Source: Euglena gracilis (taxonomy: Eukaryota). From it: a stretch of DNA of 64,000 bases. The stretch is from NCBI GenBank assembly GCA_039621445.1, contig CP154954.1:12828716-12892715 (forward strand), written 5' to 3'. The stretch's first letter is position 1, and each line of letters begins with the position of its first letter. The notes under the pieces were generated by a model. It searched no databases. It worked only from the letters and a program-made list of their open reading frames with translations, and was not told where the DNA came from. Below, in pieces: positions 38,061 to 50,933 of this stretch. The position numbers and the translations under genes were made by a program.

Positions 38061-40510
38061 ACGTCATGAAACAGGTCCCATCCGGAACCTGGCTGACCAC
38101 AATGTAAATAAGCTCGAAGGTCCCGAATGTTCAGGACCAGTTCCACGGACAAAAAAGTGAACACATTATGGCCAAGGAAGAGGATCACCGCTTCCTTATT
38201 GTAATTTGCAAACCTGGAACTCTAGAGACATAAAAAAAAGTTTATCTGTTTATGTATGAAGCAGTTTTACGCTTCATTTGAATGCTACTGGTGGTTTTTT
38301 AGGTGCTGTTTGGCAAGTGTACCTTGATTTCAGAAACAACAGGTGCAACATGGCATTGGTTTTTTTAATTGGCTCATCCGGAGCACGATGCAAGGTAAAA
38401 TCCTTCCCAAAACACAAGTACCCGGGAATTTACCATGAATTGGTGTGGATGGTGGAACAGCCGCCGAAACGTTCAGTAAAAATCTTTGCGAGACAGAAGC
38501 GTAGGGTTGGTTTCGGTAATTTTTGTTTGTTTTTTTTCTGCAAGCGGAAAAACGCTTCCCTGAAACTCGCATTTCGAAGTAATACGCGTATTTTGTATTT
38601 TGTTCCAACCGCGCGTGGTCGCTGTCGTTACTCCAACCTGCATGACCGCCTGCGTGACCACAGTCACCACCTCCCCTGCGGCTGCTGACGTGATCACTGT
38701 TACTACCTGTATCTTGATCTCAGTGTATACGTGCTGTGCCAACTTCCCTGTGATGAGTGACAGGGACACCAGGAAAACTGCTTTTGGTATATACTGGTGC
38801 TGTAAAAAATGCGCACAAGCCGTCTTGATGATCCCGACTGCCTGCGTGATCACAGTCATTACCCTCATATACGGCTTCATATCGAAGCGGATTCCCACTG
38901 CCTGTGAAAGCAAAAAGTAGACCCGCATTGGTGTGGCACAGCAGACATTGTGTGGAAGGGGTGGGCAGTCCCCGCCGCACAGGGTCCGTGCCCACAGCCA
39001 GTCCGGTCCGCTGAGGCCATGCCTGTAAACTGAATGTGTGTTGTTTGGGCAGTTTAGTATTTTGTGGTCACAGCGCTTGGTATGAACAATCAAAATCGCG
39101 TTTCAAGTTGTAGGTGAATCAGTTTTCCGCTTCATTTTTTCGATTTATAAAACAAATGTACAGGTAAAAATAAAGTGATGGTAAAAGCTCCTCGAAGTTC
39201 ACGGTTGCGGAGGATTTCTCATGGACTCGATGAATTCTGTATGGAATGCTTAGAAACATACACAATTTGCTGTGGACTGATTTCGCTTGTGGCCCACCGC
39301 GCGTATTTACTCAACTATGCACCTGGAGAAGAACAATGTGACCATGATGTTTTGACAGTGCTTGATACTGGTAAACAATTGTGTACTTTGTGAGTAACAT
39401 TTCAATATAATTGTTCGCCAGTTACAGAGGAAGCGGAAAAACACCTCTTGTTCAGTTTACTGCTGTGTTTTGTGTTGATCCGGAAAGGGGTTGGATTGAA
39501 ATGTTGTTAACCGTTCAACGATTGATTGAAACAGAAAGTGCACTCAGCATTCTTCAGCACGTATTGTAGTTTGTGAATCCAGAACAACGGGGAGCCTGGA
39601 CTGTACGCCTGCCCGGTCCAGCGAAAGCCGTAACCGAACCCCTGGCGACCATGCACCGTTCAGGGGTATGGGGAAGTGAAATGGACCCGGTCCAGCCTGT
39701 CCCCTTTTTTGTTTGCAATTCAGCGTCATTTGGCACCACATTTGTGTTTCTTACTGTTTCATTACGCAGAAAACCGCTTCCTCAGCCGTATATGACCTAT
39801 TTTTCATCGACCTACGAATGTGTCTCGCACACCAATCAACCGCTAAACTGCTGAGTGCACCGTCAACCCCGAAGGTGAGTGACCGGTGCATTTCAGGTAC
39901 AAGATGATTTTGTCTACGGTAGTGCAAGGCGGGGAGCCACGGGGCTGCCGGGTGCCTGCTTCCGCCGCATGCGGCTCTGGCAGCCAACAGGTATACCCGA
40001 CACCGACGGTGGCCAACGTCGGTGTCAGCGAGAGTTAATGACAAAGGATGAACGTGGTCTCTCCTCTTTTTCAATTTGCAATGATGTGTTTCTCTTAATG
40101 TTGGTGCTGTTCTGTTTTCAGCAATATCATGTGTTGCAGTATCCGTGAAGCGGTATTCCGCTTCGTTGCTTCGTTGTGGTTTATGCTTTATTTTGCCATT
40201 ATATTTTTTGGTAAGTAGTGTACATAGCAAAACTAGTTAAAGCCACTTAGTACCTATCTATCTGTTTCTAAGGTGTTTATTGGGGATGTTTGTATGCTTA
40301 CAGACATATTTGCTACTATCTTTTAGTGTTACGTATTTCTTTCTGATTTTACATTAAAATATATTTTAAAATTCATTGAAGCGTTTTTCCGCTTCATCGA
40401 CTCCATCGTCGTATACGTGTAAAAACTTTCTTCGTCCAGTGCAATTTAAAAAATTTGACCGTTTTTGAGAACAATTTTACCGGTTTCTGGAATGCAGTCA
40501 AAATTTTCAT

Positions 40511-40531
40511 GGGCAATTTACACCGCTTCAA
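40511..40531 (+). mobile_element. Right TIR of the Academ-like element
   Basis: GGGCAATTTACACCGCTTCAA followed by ATTGA (40532-40536); contains a CCGCTTC half-site. Confidence 0.8.
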
Positions 40532-41616
40532 ATTGAGGTGAAAACCCCAAAAACAACCATTTTTGGCCATTTTGGACCCTTTTCATCAATTTTTTTTCAC
40601 GTTACAGGCCGGTTTTCATTGGCCTGCTGAGGTTTTATTGCCACTCACCCCCCTGGGGGGCGTCCACTATCCGACTGGCAGGTGTTTGCTGGAAAAACAG
40701 TTCTCCCAAGGGGGTAGGGGTCCACCTTAAGAAATTCCGGGCGTAGATTTACGACGCGGCTGAATTAATCAAAAAAGTCATTAAATTGAATTATCGAACA
40801 TTCAAAATATTGTGTGCCTAAAAAAGTAGAGAGCATGGCGCATTCTCATTCTCTGACAAATTCCCAGAGCTCTGATGGCCAAAAAATGAACGAGAATGTC
40901 ACAAGCATCATTGTGTGGTTTTGAAGCATGATTGTTTTGTGTTGGCACACCCTGCTTAATTATTTGCTGGCTGGATTCAGAATGAACAATGGAACTATCA
41001 GGAGCCATGTAAGGGACCACATGCACAGTAGTCTAGGGCTGCTGAAGCTCTTGCAATCCCATCACCGCCAGTTGGCCGTCCAAGTCGGCAGAACTTTTGC
41101 AGAAAGTTGGTGCGGTGTATTTAGGTGCATTTAATGACATTTGAACTCCAAGCTTCCAAGCCAAAACACCCTTGTTGGGTTTTATACCAATTTTATAAAT
41201 ATTTCATAATTATCATATTCCCGGGCTCTGGGTTTCTAGATTCTAGGTCCAATCCATCTGAAATCCAATTTTCCCCTGTTTTCTTTTTATCTTTTATGCC
41301 AAACAGGGCTCCTGGTTTCAAAGTGCCAAGCTGTTTTGGTTGACCCAGTGCGATTGAACCCAATGTGTGTGATTGAGCATGCAACTTTTTAATACACCAC
41401 CGTTGTGTGACGAAAAAAATTGCCTTCCCCCCTTTTTTGGTGGTTCTAGTAACGCGTCTCGGTCTTGGTTTCTTTCTGTATTTTTTTTTGTAGAATTTCG
41501 CCAGGCAAAAAATTCATTACAGCAAAGTGCGAAACGTTCGATGAGTCATCCCCACTTTATTGTTCCGAAAAAGCAAGGGCTCTTCAAGTGTGCGTGTGTA
41601 TGTGAGTATGAGTGTG

Positions 41617-41649
<33 letters not shown>

Positions 41650-43085
41650 TTATGGTGTATGTACAAGCATAAATAGTTTGGGCGTCCAAAGTCGGGGGAC
41701 AGAGAGCGCATCATTTGGGAGGTTCATTATTTGATCAGAAAAAATCATATTGAAAATAATGATATCCGCACTTTTTGATATTCATTTCATTTTTTTCGAT
41801 ATTTCCCATATTTGTTGGTCCAGTATATTTTTCCAAAATATGTTTGTTCTTTTATGTGTCTTTTTTTTGAAGAAGAAGATTGATGTTTCCCCCTGGCCAG
41901 GGTCCATTATTTGCGGATATTTGGAAGGGGCGTGCATGGTGGTGATGAATGGTGAAGTTCAAAATTATTATTATGTGGCAGGGTGAAGTTTGTGCCCCCC
42001 AAGGTGGTCTCAGGTATACAGAAGGATAGTGTTACGGTTGCAATTTTCCGGTCTAAGATTTCTTTGTATATTTCTGGACAGCAGTATTTTATGAAAGCTG
42101 TGTATGAATTGCACAGAATGTTTATTCTCGAAAGGGGCAGGGGATTGGTTAGGAACAGGTTTAGGGTTCCCCCCCGTTGGCGTTCTTCCCTCGTAGATTT
42201 GCTCGATGTCAGACTGGTTGAGTTCTTGCCAACAGTGTCGGGACAATCAGAATTCATAACAGTAATGGCAATTGTCTTGTGTCAGAAGCAGGCGGCTATT
42301 CCAGACATTGGGAGCAGAATGACCCTGGATTTGCCTTGCACACCCCACTCCCTCCAGCCCAACCAGCTCGGACAGCAGTGTTGGGACCTCCGGTCCCTTC
42401 GGCTGGAGCCCTCCGCTCACCCTGGCGGTGACCGTGCCACCCATGCCTCCACGGTGGTCGTGCCGCTCCATCGATTGCCACCGAATCCGCCTTATCATGA
42501 AAACCACACAACTGCAAATACTGGAATTGTTGAAGAAAATGAAGGGATCCTTAATTTGAGAAACAGAAAGGAGATGGAAAATTACTGGTTTTATCTTACG
42601 CTTCCGGGAGCATACTGTAATGTGCAGTGTGCAGAGGTATTATATTAAAATTTTTATAATAAAATTTTCATATCAATTAATTATTTACAATATTGTTTGT
42701 GATAGCATATACCAATCGTTGGAGGAGCGAATTTGTCAGGCAAGGACCGTTTTCAGTAAAGGTCAAGGTAAACCTTGCCTTCTTTGCTTGCGCACTGATA
42801 AGTTTTTTCCAGCTTTTTTTGAATATTTTTTCAGGCTCTCAATCATGTCTCAGGCTTTTTTACGACAGTGCAATTGTGTGTGCCAAACAAATGTTATTGC
42901 CGAATTGTATGCCACGCCACAGATAGCCCCCCCCCCTTCTGGAGAAGCCCCCCCATTTCACAGCAGAACCCTCTGACGAGGGCTGCCCCACTGAATTACA
43001 AAAAAAACCAGGTTTGTTTCTGCAGCAATGATGTCCTGAATTGTACAGTGTCACCTGGGAATCTATCCCCCCCCTCTATATCTCT
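40532..43085 (+). repeat. Old segmental duplicate Y1 (direct paralog of 47981-49910)
   Basis: 40560-40700 vs 48030-48185; 41000-41090 vs 48520-48616; 42350-42530 vs 49080-49260; 42830-43065 vs 49680-49910. Confidence 0.9.
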
Positions 43086-43239
43086 CTCTGTGTGTGTGCC
43101 TGCGCGCATCAATATTTCTTTCTTTTGTTGGAATTTCCAAAGTTATCTTTAGGCAGCCCTGAATTAAAGATGTTATTTCTTTGCTGCCCCGAAACGCCTT
43201 TTCGATCTCTTTGTGTCACGTTGCTCAATTTCTTTTCAT

Positions 43240-43500
43240 ATTTAATGGTGTTTGGCTCTGCCCGAACGTCGTCGCCCAACAGCAGCGCAGCGAAGCTGTT
43301 GATGCTGAGGCTGTTTATCTGCATCTGCTGCGCCTAGTTGTCACCCCCGGCCAGCTGCCGCACTCCGACAGGGGGTGCCGTACTTTAGCACCCATACCGG
43401 TACCGCCCTGGCACCTCCCGCCGCTCTTTCTAGATGTCCTCCGCCATCTTCTTCAGGACAGCCGTGAGGTGCTGCCCTCCAACGACGACATACTCCCGGT
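43240..43500 (-). pseudogene. Second ParB/Srx-fold exon, diverged paralog
   Basis: After a CACAG acceptor: REYVVVGGQHLTAVLKKMAEDI*KERREVPGRYRY / VLKYGTP / VGVRQLAGGDN*AQQ. Aligns with KWVILSGQHRFLAA...VVKENTHTGV.QQLPG and has the same intron phase. Confidence 0.6.
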
Positions 43501-45023
43501 CTGTGACGGAGGGTGAGAGGCAGGCAGGAAGGGAAAGGAAATTCAATCTTCTGTTCCCTTGGGAAGAGGTGCTTGTCGGGCCAGCCACCGGCCCAGGGGC
43601 GTTGGGCTCCACCGCCACCTTCTTCTTCCTCTTCTTCTCCGCCTCCAATTCCTCCCCTTCCGCCTCTTGGGGGATTTGGGTTGGAGCGGGTTGCAAGGAG
43701 ATGCAGCTGCCACAGCTGCTCCAAGTAGTGGCTGCGGAACGGGACATGGGGTCCACCAGGGGCAGCACCGCCACCACCACCCGTTCAGGTGCTCCGGTAA
43801 CTCTGCCCGTAGTAGTCGAACCGCAAGACAGCGGGGTTCCCGGCCAGGTCGCGACATAGCTGGGCCTGCCGCTCCAGGGCCAGCCGGGAACGGTAGGCAG
43901 CAGAGTGCAGCAGGGGTGACGGGTGGCCCACACCCGGGTCGCATTCCGCCGCTCCCCGGACAGCGACCACCTTCTGGCCGAACTGACCCGCCGCCCCCGC
44001 CGACATCACATGGAGATGCTGTGGGATGCCTGGGCGTCGCTCCAGGCCCATCACCAGCACGCCTGCCCCCGTTACCGCTCGTCGCCTACAAGGACGTGCT
44101 GCTGCCCACCACCGGTGCCCTGGGCCGCTTCCTCCGCCCCACCAGCTTGTAGAGGGGGTGGGACGGGTCCACCGTGGCCATGACAAAGTCCGCGCACGTG
44201 GCGACGAATGTGTCCCGCAGCAGCCATTCGATGGTCTTGCCGGCGGTGGTGCAGAATTGTCTGACAGGGGGGTAAGCGTGTCGGGGACGGTGGAGGGTCT
44301 GCGGTTGGTGGGGTATGGAGTTGTGGTGGGTGTAGGGACCTCTGATTGCCGGGATCCGCCGACACAACAGCCGGTCAAAACCACACAGCCGAAGGGAGGG
44401 TCCCCACACGTTAAAAGATATTGAGAGATCAAAGGATGAATGTGCAGGTGCATTCATTCATCATTCATGTTGATACCATTATTAGCAGGAATGTGAATTT
44501 GCGCATTCTTTTCAGTAACAGTGAATGCACACCTGCACATTGTGCAGTGAAGAATGGGATGGTTACATTTGCAGATTATATCCATTTCAGGTGTGGCCAG
44601 ATGGTTGGAGTCTGTGAACGCGTTTGTCAGCTGTAAAATTGTTTTGATATTCACTTTCAAACCATCAACAACGGCATCGGGGGATAACATCAGATCCTGT
44701 GTTTATCAACAGTGCTCAGGTATTGTGTGCCGTACAATTTGAAACCCATATGGTTGGAAGAAACCTTGTGCAGCCAACCCCAGATAGGTGTATCTCACCC
44801 ACTCCCAGATTATTGTGGATTCCCCCTCGAAAACATTTGGAAAAATTTTTAGCTGTGGTCTTTGGCCAGGCTGGACTGACCTCATAGGAGGGGAGCCCAT
44901 GGTGAGGGAAAAGCATTCAGGATGCAGCAGCCTCGTAATCACGTGAAACTCTCCGTTCTGACACCCGCTCACTCAACGCAAGCAAGGGCTTGAACTGCGT
45001 TAAACCTTGGGGGTAGCAACAAC

Positions 45024-45226
45024 CAAGCACCTATAGTACAAATGGCCGAAAATGGCCGAAAATGGCCGAAAATGGCCGAAAATGGCCGAAAATGAATTTT
45101 TGGGCTCTATAGGTAGGTGGGGGTCCCGAAAATGGCCGAAAATGGCCGAAAATGGCCGAAAATGGCTGAAAATGGCCGAAAATGGCCGAAAATGACAAAA
45201 ATCGGGGGGTCAACTATAGGTGCTTG
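45024..45226. mobile_element. hAT-like MITE with (AAATGGCCGA)n subterminal arrays
   Basis: Perfect 14-bp TIR CAAGCACCTATAGT; perfect 8-bp TSD GCAACAAC at 45016-45023 and 45227-45234. Confidence 0.9.
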
Positions 45227-46149
45227 GCAACAACCACCACCGGCCCGCTTCCAACAGCTTGTGGTGCCAGAAGGAGGAATTTTTGGATATCCTTATTGCG
45301 TAGATGCGCATTTTCCAAATAACCAATATCTGCGCATCCACGCCTTCCTTTCTAATCTCTAACAAATACACCCTCGTTTTCTGCCCTTGTCCTCACACAC
45401 ACACCGTAGGCCCCATCCCATTCAAAACATCCATCACATCCATACCACCCCAATTATTTTCTCCAACCGCAATTCTGCTGCCCCGGCGGGGTGAAGGTGG
45501 GTGGGCGGCGTCAACTGGAGGTCACCGCACAATCTAGGGTAGGGTTTTGGGGATCGGTCAGGCAGGCACCCCTGTCCGGTGACCGATTCTGTTTTCTTTA
45601 CCCTTTTTGCAAAGACCAACCCGACCCTGGGTACCCTGGCTACCCCCTCGGGTGGTGTGCCTGCTATCTGCAGGCACCTTATAGCACCCATCCCCCACTC
45701 CCCCCCTGTTGGTAAAAAAAAAGTCACAAGCCTCACAAACATTTCAAGGTTCAAAGCACTTTTATAGTTTATGGCCAACCGCGTGCCACCATCCAAGGTA
45801 TGCCTCCATCCCGGCACCCATCATTCCAGTCGGTGCCTGCTAGCTGAGAAACAATGAAGAGAATCTTGTGATCCCTGCACCACTGTGGCCTGCAATGAAT
45901 TTGTCCACGTCATCAAAGGTTGTTCAGTTTTGGGTTTAACGGAATGTTGTTTTTGACACATTATTGGTTTTCTGTTGGGTTTGTTAATTTGGCAGCCCAT
46001 TTCCGGCATAATTTGAACCTGCTCGCTCACTCATTTGTTGCTGTCTAGTTGTTTTTCCATGGCCAAAGAGTATTTAAAAAGTCTATCATTCGATAGGAGG
46101 GAGTTTTGTTTTATCATATTTGATTGACACAAATACAATGGGGAATTTA

Positions 46150-49100
46150 ATTTCGTCTCAAACTTGCACGGCATTTGCAACGTTCCATCCGCCCCCTTCC
46201 CCATTTTTGCCCAGGCAAGCCTTGCTCCCAACAAAATGCTCTCCTCCTCTCTGTCGCTGCCCTGCGGTGCCAATGTGCGGGTTGAGTGGACGGGCTCCAG
46301 AGCGGCTCGGACGGCGTGCAGGCGATTACCGTGCTTTTCCGAAGGCAGGGGTGGTATTAACCTTCCCTGGATGGGTATGCTTTTTATGGTTGCATTGGAT
46401 TGCATACAATTTGTAAATATAGGACAAAATAGTAAGCAGTGTCGTCGACCATGTTTTTGTATGGATCTGCTGCACAGCATCGTGAATTGCTTCCACCAGA
46501 GAGTGATTTGCAGAAACAAATTCAGATGCTCCGGCCAACAATCAGCAATTTTTTTTTCATTTCTCGTCTTTTTTCCCCCTGGAAATTTCATTCCTGAAGT
46601 TTGGGGGTTGTGGTCGTTGGGTTTTAGAGGCACCGTTGTTGCTATTTGGAGGTACCGTTGGCCGAGTCGGCCCTCCCGGGGCCAACCAGGGCCGATTTTG
46701 CCGATACCCGTAGGGCTGGTGGGGATGCTGCCACACCACGCCCACCTCGTGCGGCACCGCATGCTCCGCATGGCGCACCGTGTGCACCGTGTGGGCTCAT
46801 TTCCAACATTCCTCGAATTTATATTACATTTTGGCCACCTTTGGCCGCTTTTAACGTTTTTGTTTGTTTAATCTTCGGCTATTTGTTGCCAGTTTTTGGC
46901 TTTTTGCCTTATTTGGTGTCGTTTCCCATTTGAAGCATTCTTGATGTCATTGTCGGTCATTTCATGGCCACTGTTTTGCAATTTTAACAGTATTTCGATT
47001 TTGAACCTTTTTTAGCCATTTTTTTGCCTAATGCAGTGGTTGCAGATATGGTGGCACAGAGTGCCGCACGTGGTGCACTTGCGGCACCATGAGGTGCACG
47101 TGGTGCCACAAAATATGTGATGCACGTGTTGCGGAAGGGTCCCCAGTGCCAAATATGAATTTTGTTGGCTGATTTATGGGGAGTGAGTGTGAAGATTTTA
47201 TCCCCTCTTCCTTTGTTCCCTACGCTTTTGGTGCAAACAGTCTCCCTCTCCTCATTCTTTGATTTCTGTCTTGTTTGTACTGCAAGTGAATTTTGTGAAG
47301 GGAATGAGCGACAGCTGCGGTTCGAAACATAATTAAGTATTATTGAGGGGTCCAGCCAGCACCCTTTTTACAACCAGCACCTGCACCCCCGAATGGGCTG
47401 CAAAGCGTCCCTTTTGTCTGGAGGTTTGGTTGTTCCTTGATTGAGATGGTACATTTTGCATGTGATTTGTAAACCATCAAGACAGTGACGGTTGAAAACA
47501 TCTTTTGGTGGTGATAAAGTGTTAATAGAGTGGGAACACAAGAACACCATCTGGAATGGCATGTGATTGCTCAGATGAAGGATGGCTCCCAAAACGGTTA
47601 AATTGGTTTCAATTTCAAACAGCCAAAATTACTGGAAAGTTGCTGGAAAAAATGGCTCACCCTGGCAAAATGGCAAAATGACAAAATGGGGAGGCTAAAA
47701 CTGGACCACGGGGGATAAATTGGCTATTCGAGGGAAGAAGACAATGTAGCTTCGTAATTGAATGAAATGTGTCTTCCTTCCTTCAAATCTTTTTTTCCAG
47801 AAATTCTCTGCATTAAAGTACTGCAGTTGGCTTTGCCGTTATAGAAGCTGGGAAAAAGTGCTGGCTGGACCCCCCCCCCTAGAGGGGTCCTATTCAGCTG
47901 CTGAGCTGGACCCGGCTGGCACCCGAAAGCTGGCAAAAAGGACCAAATCTACCTGTCTTGGATTTTTTCCCAGCCAACTTATTGAGGTGGAAACCTAAAA
48001 AACGACCAACAATGGATTTTGGCCATTTTTGGCCATTTTGGACCTCTGTTAATCAATTTTTTTTTCGGTTCAGGCCGGTTTCACTGCCCTGTGAAGATTT
48101 CATTGACACTCACCCTCACCACTCCCACTTACTCTTAGGGGGGAGCGTCGGCCATTCGAATGGCAGGTGTTCGCTGGAAAAAATGGTGCTGGTTCAAACC
48201 CCCGGCAGGGGTGGAGGCAGGGGGGGGGTCCCTGGAATGGGTTGGAATGGGGGCACAGGTTTATGATGTGGCTGAAGACATCACAAAGTCAAGTAATTGA
48301 ATTCATCGGATATTCAAAATATTGTGTGACAAAAAGAGTAAAAAGCATGGCACATTATTATTATGTGACAAAAAATCCCAGCCCTGGCGACGTAAAATGT
48401 ATGACATTGTCACAAGTATCATTGTGTGGTTTTGAATCATAATTATTTTGTATTGGCACACCTCCTGAATGTCCGGCCAATTACGTGACGGCTGGCAAAT
48501 TCGGAATGAACCATGGAGCTGTTAAGAGCCGTGTAAGGGACCATATTTGCACAGTGGCCTGGGGCTGCTGAAGCTCTTGCAATCCCATCACCGCCAGTTG
48601 GCCATCCAAGTCGGCATGTCCCGCTGCAAGGTTCTCCTGTAATGTAAAAGAGTGGTTATGAGTTTTTTTCTCGTTGTGTGTGTGTGTGTGTGCGTGTGCT
48701 TGAGTGCGTGTGTCTGTTTATAAGCGTAAATAATTTGTGCAGCCAAAGTCGGGGGACAGGGCGCTGTAAGTTGGGTAAGCTGTAGTTTTCTGCGTGTAAT
48801 TTTAGACAGCAACATTTTATGTAAGCTATGTATGAATTGCACCGAATGTTTATTACCACATTGGTACCACATTGGGCAGATAATTGGATAGGTTCCGATT
48901 TAGGGTTCCCCCATTGGCATTATTCCTTCCTAAATTCGCTAGATCTGAGATTGGGTGATTCTTGCCAACAATATCAGAACAATAAGAATTCAGAACAATA
49001 ATAAAAATTGGTGTGTGTGTATGTCAAAAGCAGGTTGATTTTCCAGTATGACCCTGTCCTTGCCTTGAGCATCCCACCCCCTCCAGCCCAACCAGCTCGG

Positions 49101-49909
49101 ACAGCAGTGTTGGGACCCACGGTCCATTCGGCAGGAGCCCTCCACTCACCCCAGCGGTGGCCGCACCACACATGCCTCCACGGTGGTCGTGTGGCTCTAT
49201 TGATTGCCACCTATTTCGCCTTATCTTGAAAACCACACAACTGCCAATACTGGAATTCTTGTCCAGCTGAAGAGTGAAGAGCTGGAGGGATTCTGAATTT
49301 GAGAAATAGAAAGGCAATGTAAAAATAACCGGTTTTCTCCTGTGCTTGCGAGAGTAAACCGTAAAGTGCTTGTTTTTAGAGGATTTGAATGATTTTTTTT
49401 CTCATCAGGTAATACGTGTGGCATAACAATTGGTTATTTACAACATTGCTTGTGGCCGTATATACAAATCGTTTGAAAAGTGAAAATGCCAGAAAAGGAA
49501 CGTTTTCAGTAAAGGGAAGCCTTGACAAGGCTGGTAATTGATCTTGCATTTGGGGGGGGGGGTTGCGATATTTTGCGAGACATTGCACGGCCTTGCAATA
49601 TTGGCGATATTTTCAATTGTCTTCTTTTCTTGCATACTGTCATGTTTGTTTTTTCATCCAAATTTATTTTTTGAATATTTTTTTCAGGCTCTCAATCAGG
49701 TGTTAGGCTTTGTCACGACGGTGCAATTGTGTGTGCCAAACAGATGCGATTGCCGAACTGTATGACACGCCACAGATAGCCCCGCTTCTAGAGGAGCCTC
49801 CCCATTTCACAGCAAAACCCTCCGACGAGGGCTGCCCCACTGAATCACAAGACAACCAGGTACGCTTCTGTGACAATCATGTCCCAAATCGTACAGTGTC
49901 CCCTGGGAA

Positions 49910-49910
<1 letters not shown>
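46150..49910 (+). repeat. Old segmental duplicate X2+Y2, uninterrupted (contains the empty insertion site)
   Basis: Left part matches rc 28890-30880 and right part matches 40532-43085; they join at a single ATTGA (47981-47985). Confidence 0.88.
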
Positions 49911-49971
<61 letters not shown>

Positions 49972-49979
<8 letters not shown>

Positions 49980-50933
49980 CGTGGGTTTCCCTTGCCTTTC
50001 CCTTTCCCCCTCCCCCCTCCCTTGGCCTCCTGTCCCCCGGTAGCTGCCCGTCTGTCTGGCGCGCTGGGCTGCCCCTTCCCTTTCCCCCTCCCCCCTCCCT
50101 TGGCCTCCGGTCCTCCGGTGGCTGCCCGTCTGTCTGGCGCGCTGGGCTGCCCCTTCCCCCTCCCCCCTCCCTTGCCTGCTGGTGGGTGTGTGACGGTCCC
50201 CGTGCGTGCGTGCGTGCTGGGGGGGCGGCGCTCCCCCCGTGGGCTCCGCACGCCTTTCACGCCACCCCTGGACCCCGCACCAGGGCCCGGGGGCCCGGGG
50301 ATGCCACCGCCGGCAAGCCCCCCACCCCCCAGGGCCCTGTCGGCGTGGTACACCTCGTTCTGGTACCCGCATGACGGGCACGGATGGCAGTCTCCGTGCC
50401 CGGCACGCGGGTTTCGGGGATCTCCGCGGCCGCGTCGTTCTTGGGCTCCGTCGCCTCGTCCACGGCCTCGTCCTCCGCGTCCTCCGCGTCCTCCTCGTTG
50501 CTCTGGTGGCGGCTGCCTGCTCGCTTGGCGGCTTGGGGGTTCAAACCCAATGGATCTCTTCCGCCCCCGGCGTTGTTGCTGTGGCTGCAGGGGGGCCCAG
50601 GGGTTGTCGTCCCTTAGGTCCGGTCGTTACTGCTGCTGCTGCGGGGGCGGATTCTGCCGCCATTGGTCGAGCTCTTGCTGCATTTCTTGCAGCGCTCGTT
50701 GGAGCCCTTGGAGGCGCTTTTGGAGGCGTTTTTGGCCGGTGCTTTGTGCTGTTTGCCAGCCCTCTCCTTGGGGTTGGCCCTGCCTGCTTCCTTGTGGGGT
50801 GACGTTTCCTTTGCCACCCTTGCCTCCTTTCCTGGGCTGTGTCTGTCCTTTTCCTGTTTGTTGTCCTCCTCGCTGGGCCCCCCCTTTTGGGTTGGGCTGT
50901 TGGTACCCTCTTTGGGGTGGTCCGGGGTTTTTT

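Larger units (their letters stand above)
31931..40395. promoter_or_regulatory. Dispersed 18-bp palindrome family GAAGCGG-N4-CCGCTTC (putative protein-binding sites)
   Basis: Copies start at 31931, 32377, 32696, 33392, 34050, 34904, 36695, 37466, 38177, 38258, 38541, 39116, 39430, 39763, 40147 (perfect) and 40378. Mirror copies at 26711, 27363, 28058, 28377, 28821. Spacer is always 4 nt. Confidence 0.8.
31895..40531 (-). mobile_element. Decayed cut-and-paste DNA transposon, Academ/DUF6589-like, with a ParB-fold accessory gene
   Basis: TIRs at 28869-28889 (displaced copy) and 40511-40531; ATTGA beyond both ends; empty site at 47981-47985 in the paralog; two co-oriented minus-strand pseudogenes. 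The superfamily is inferred from motifs only. Confidence 0.75.
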
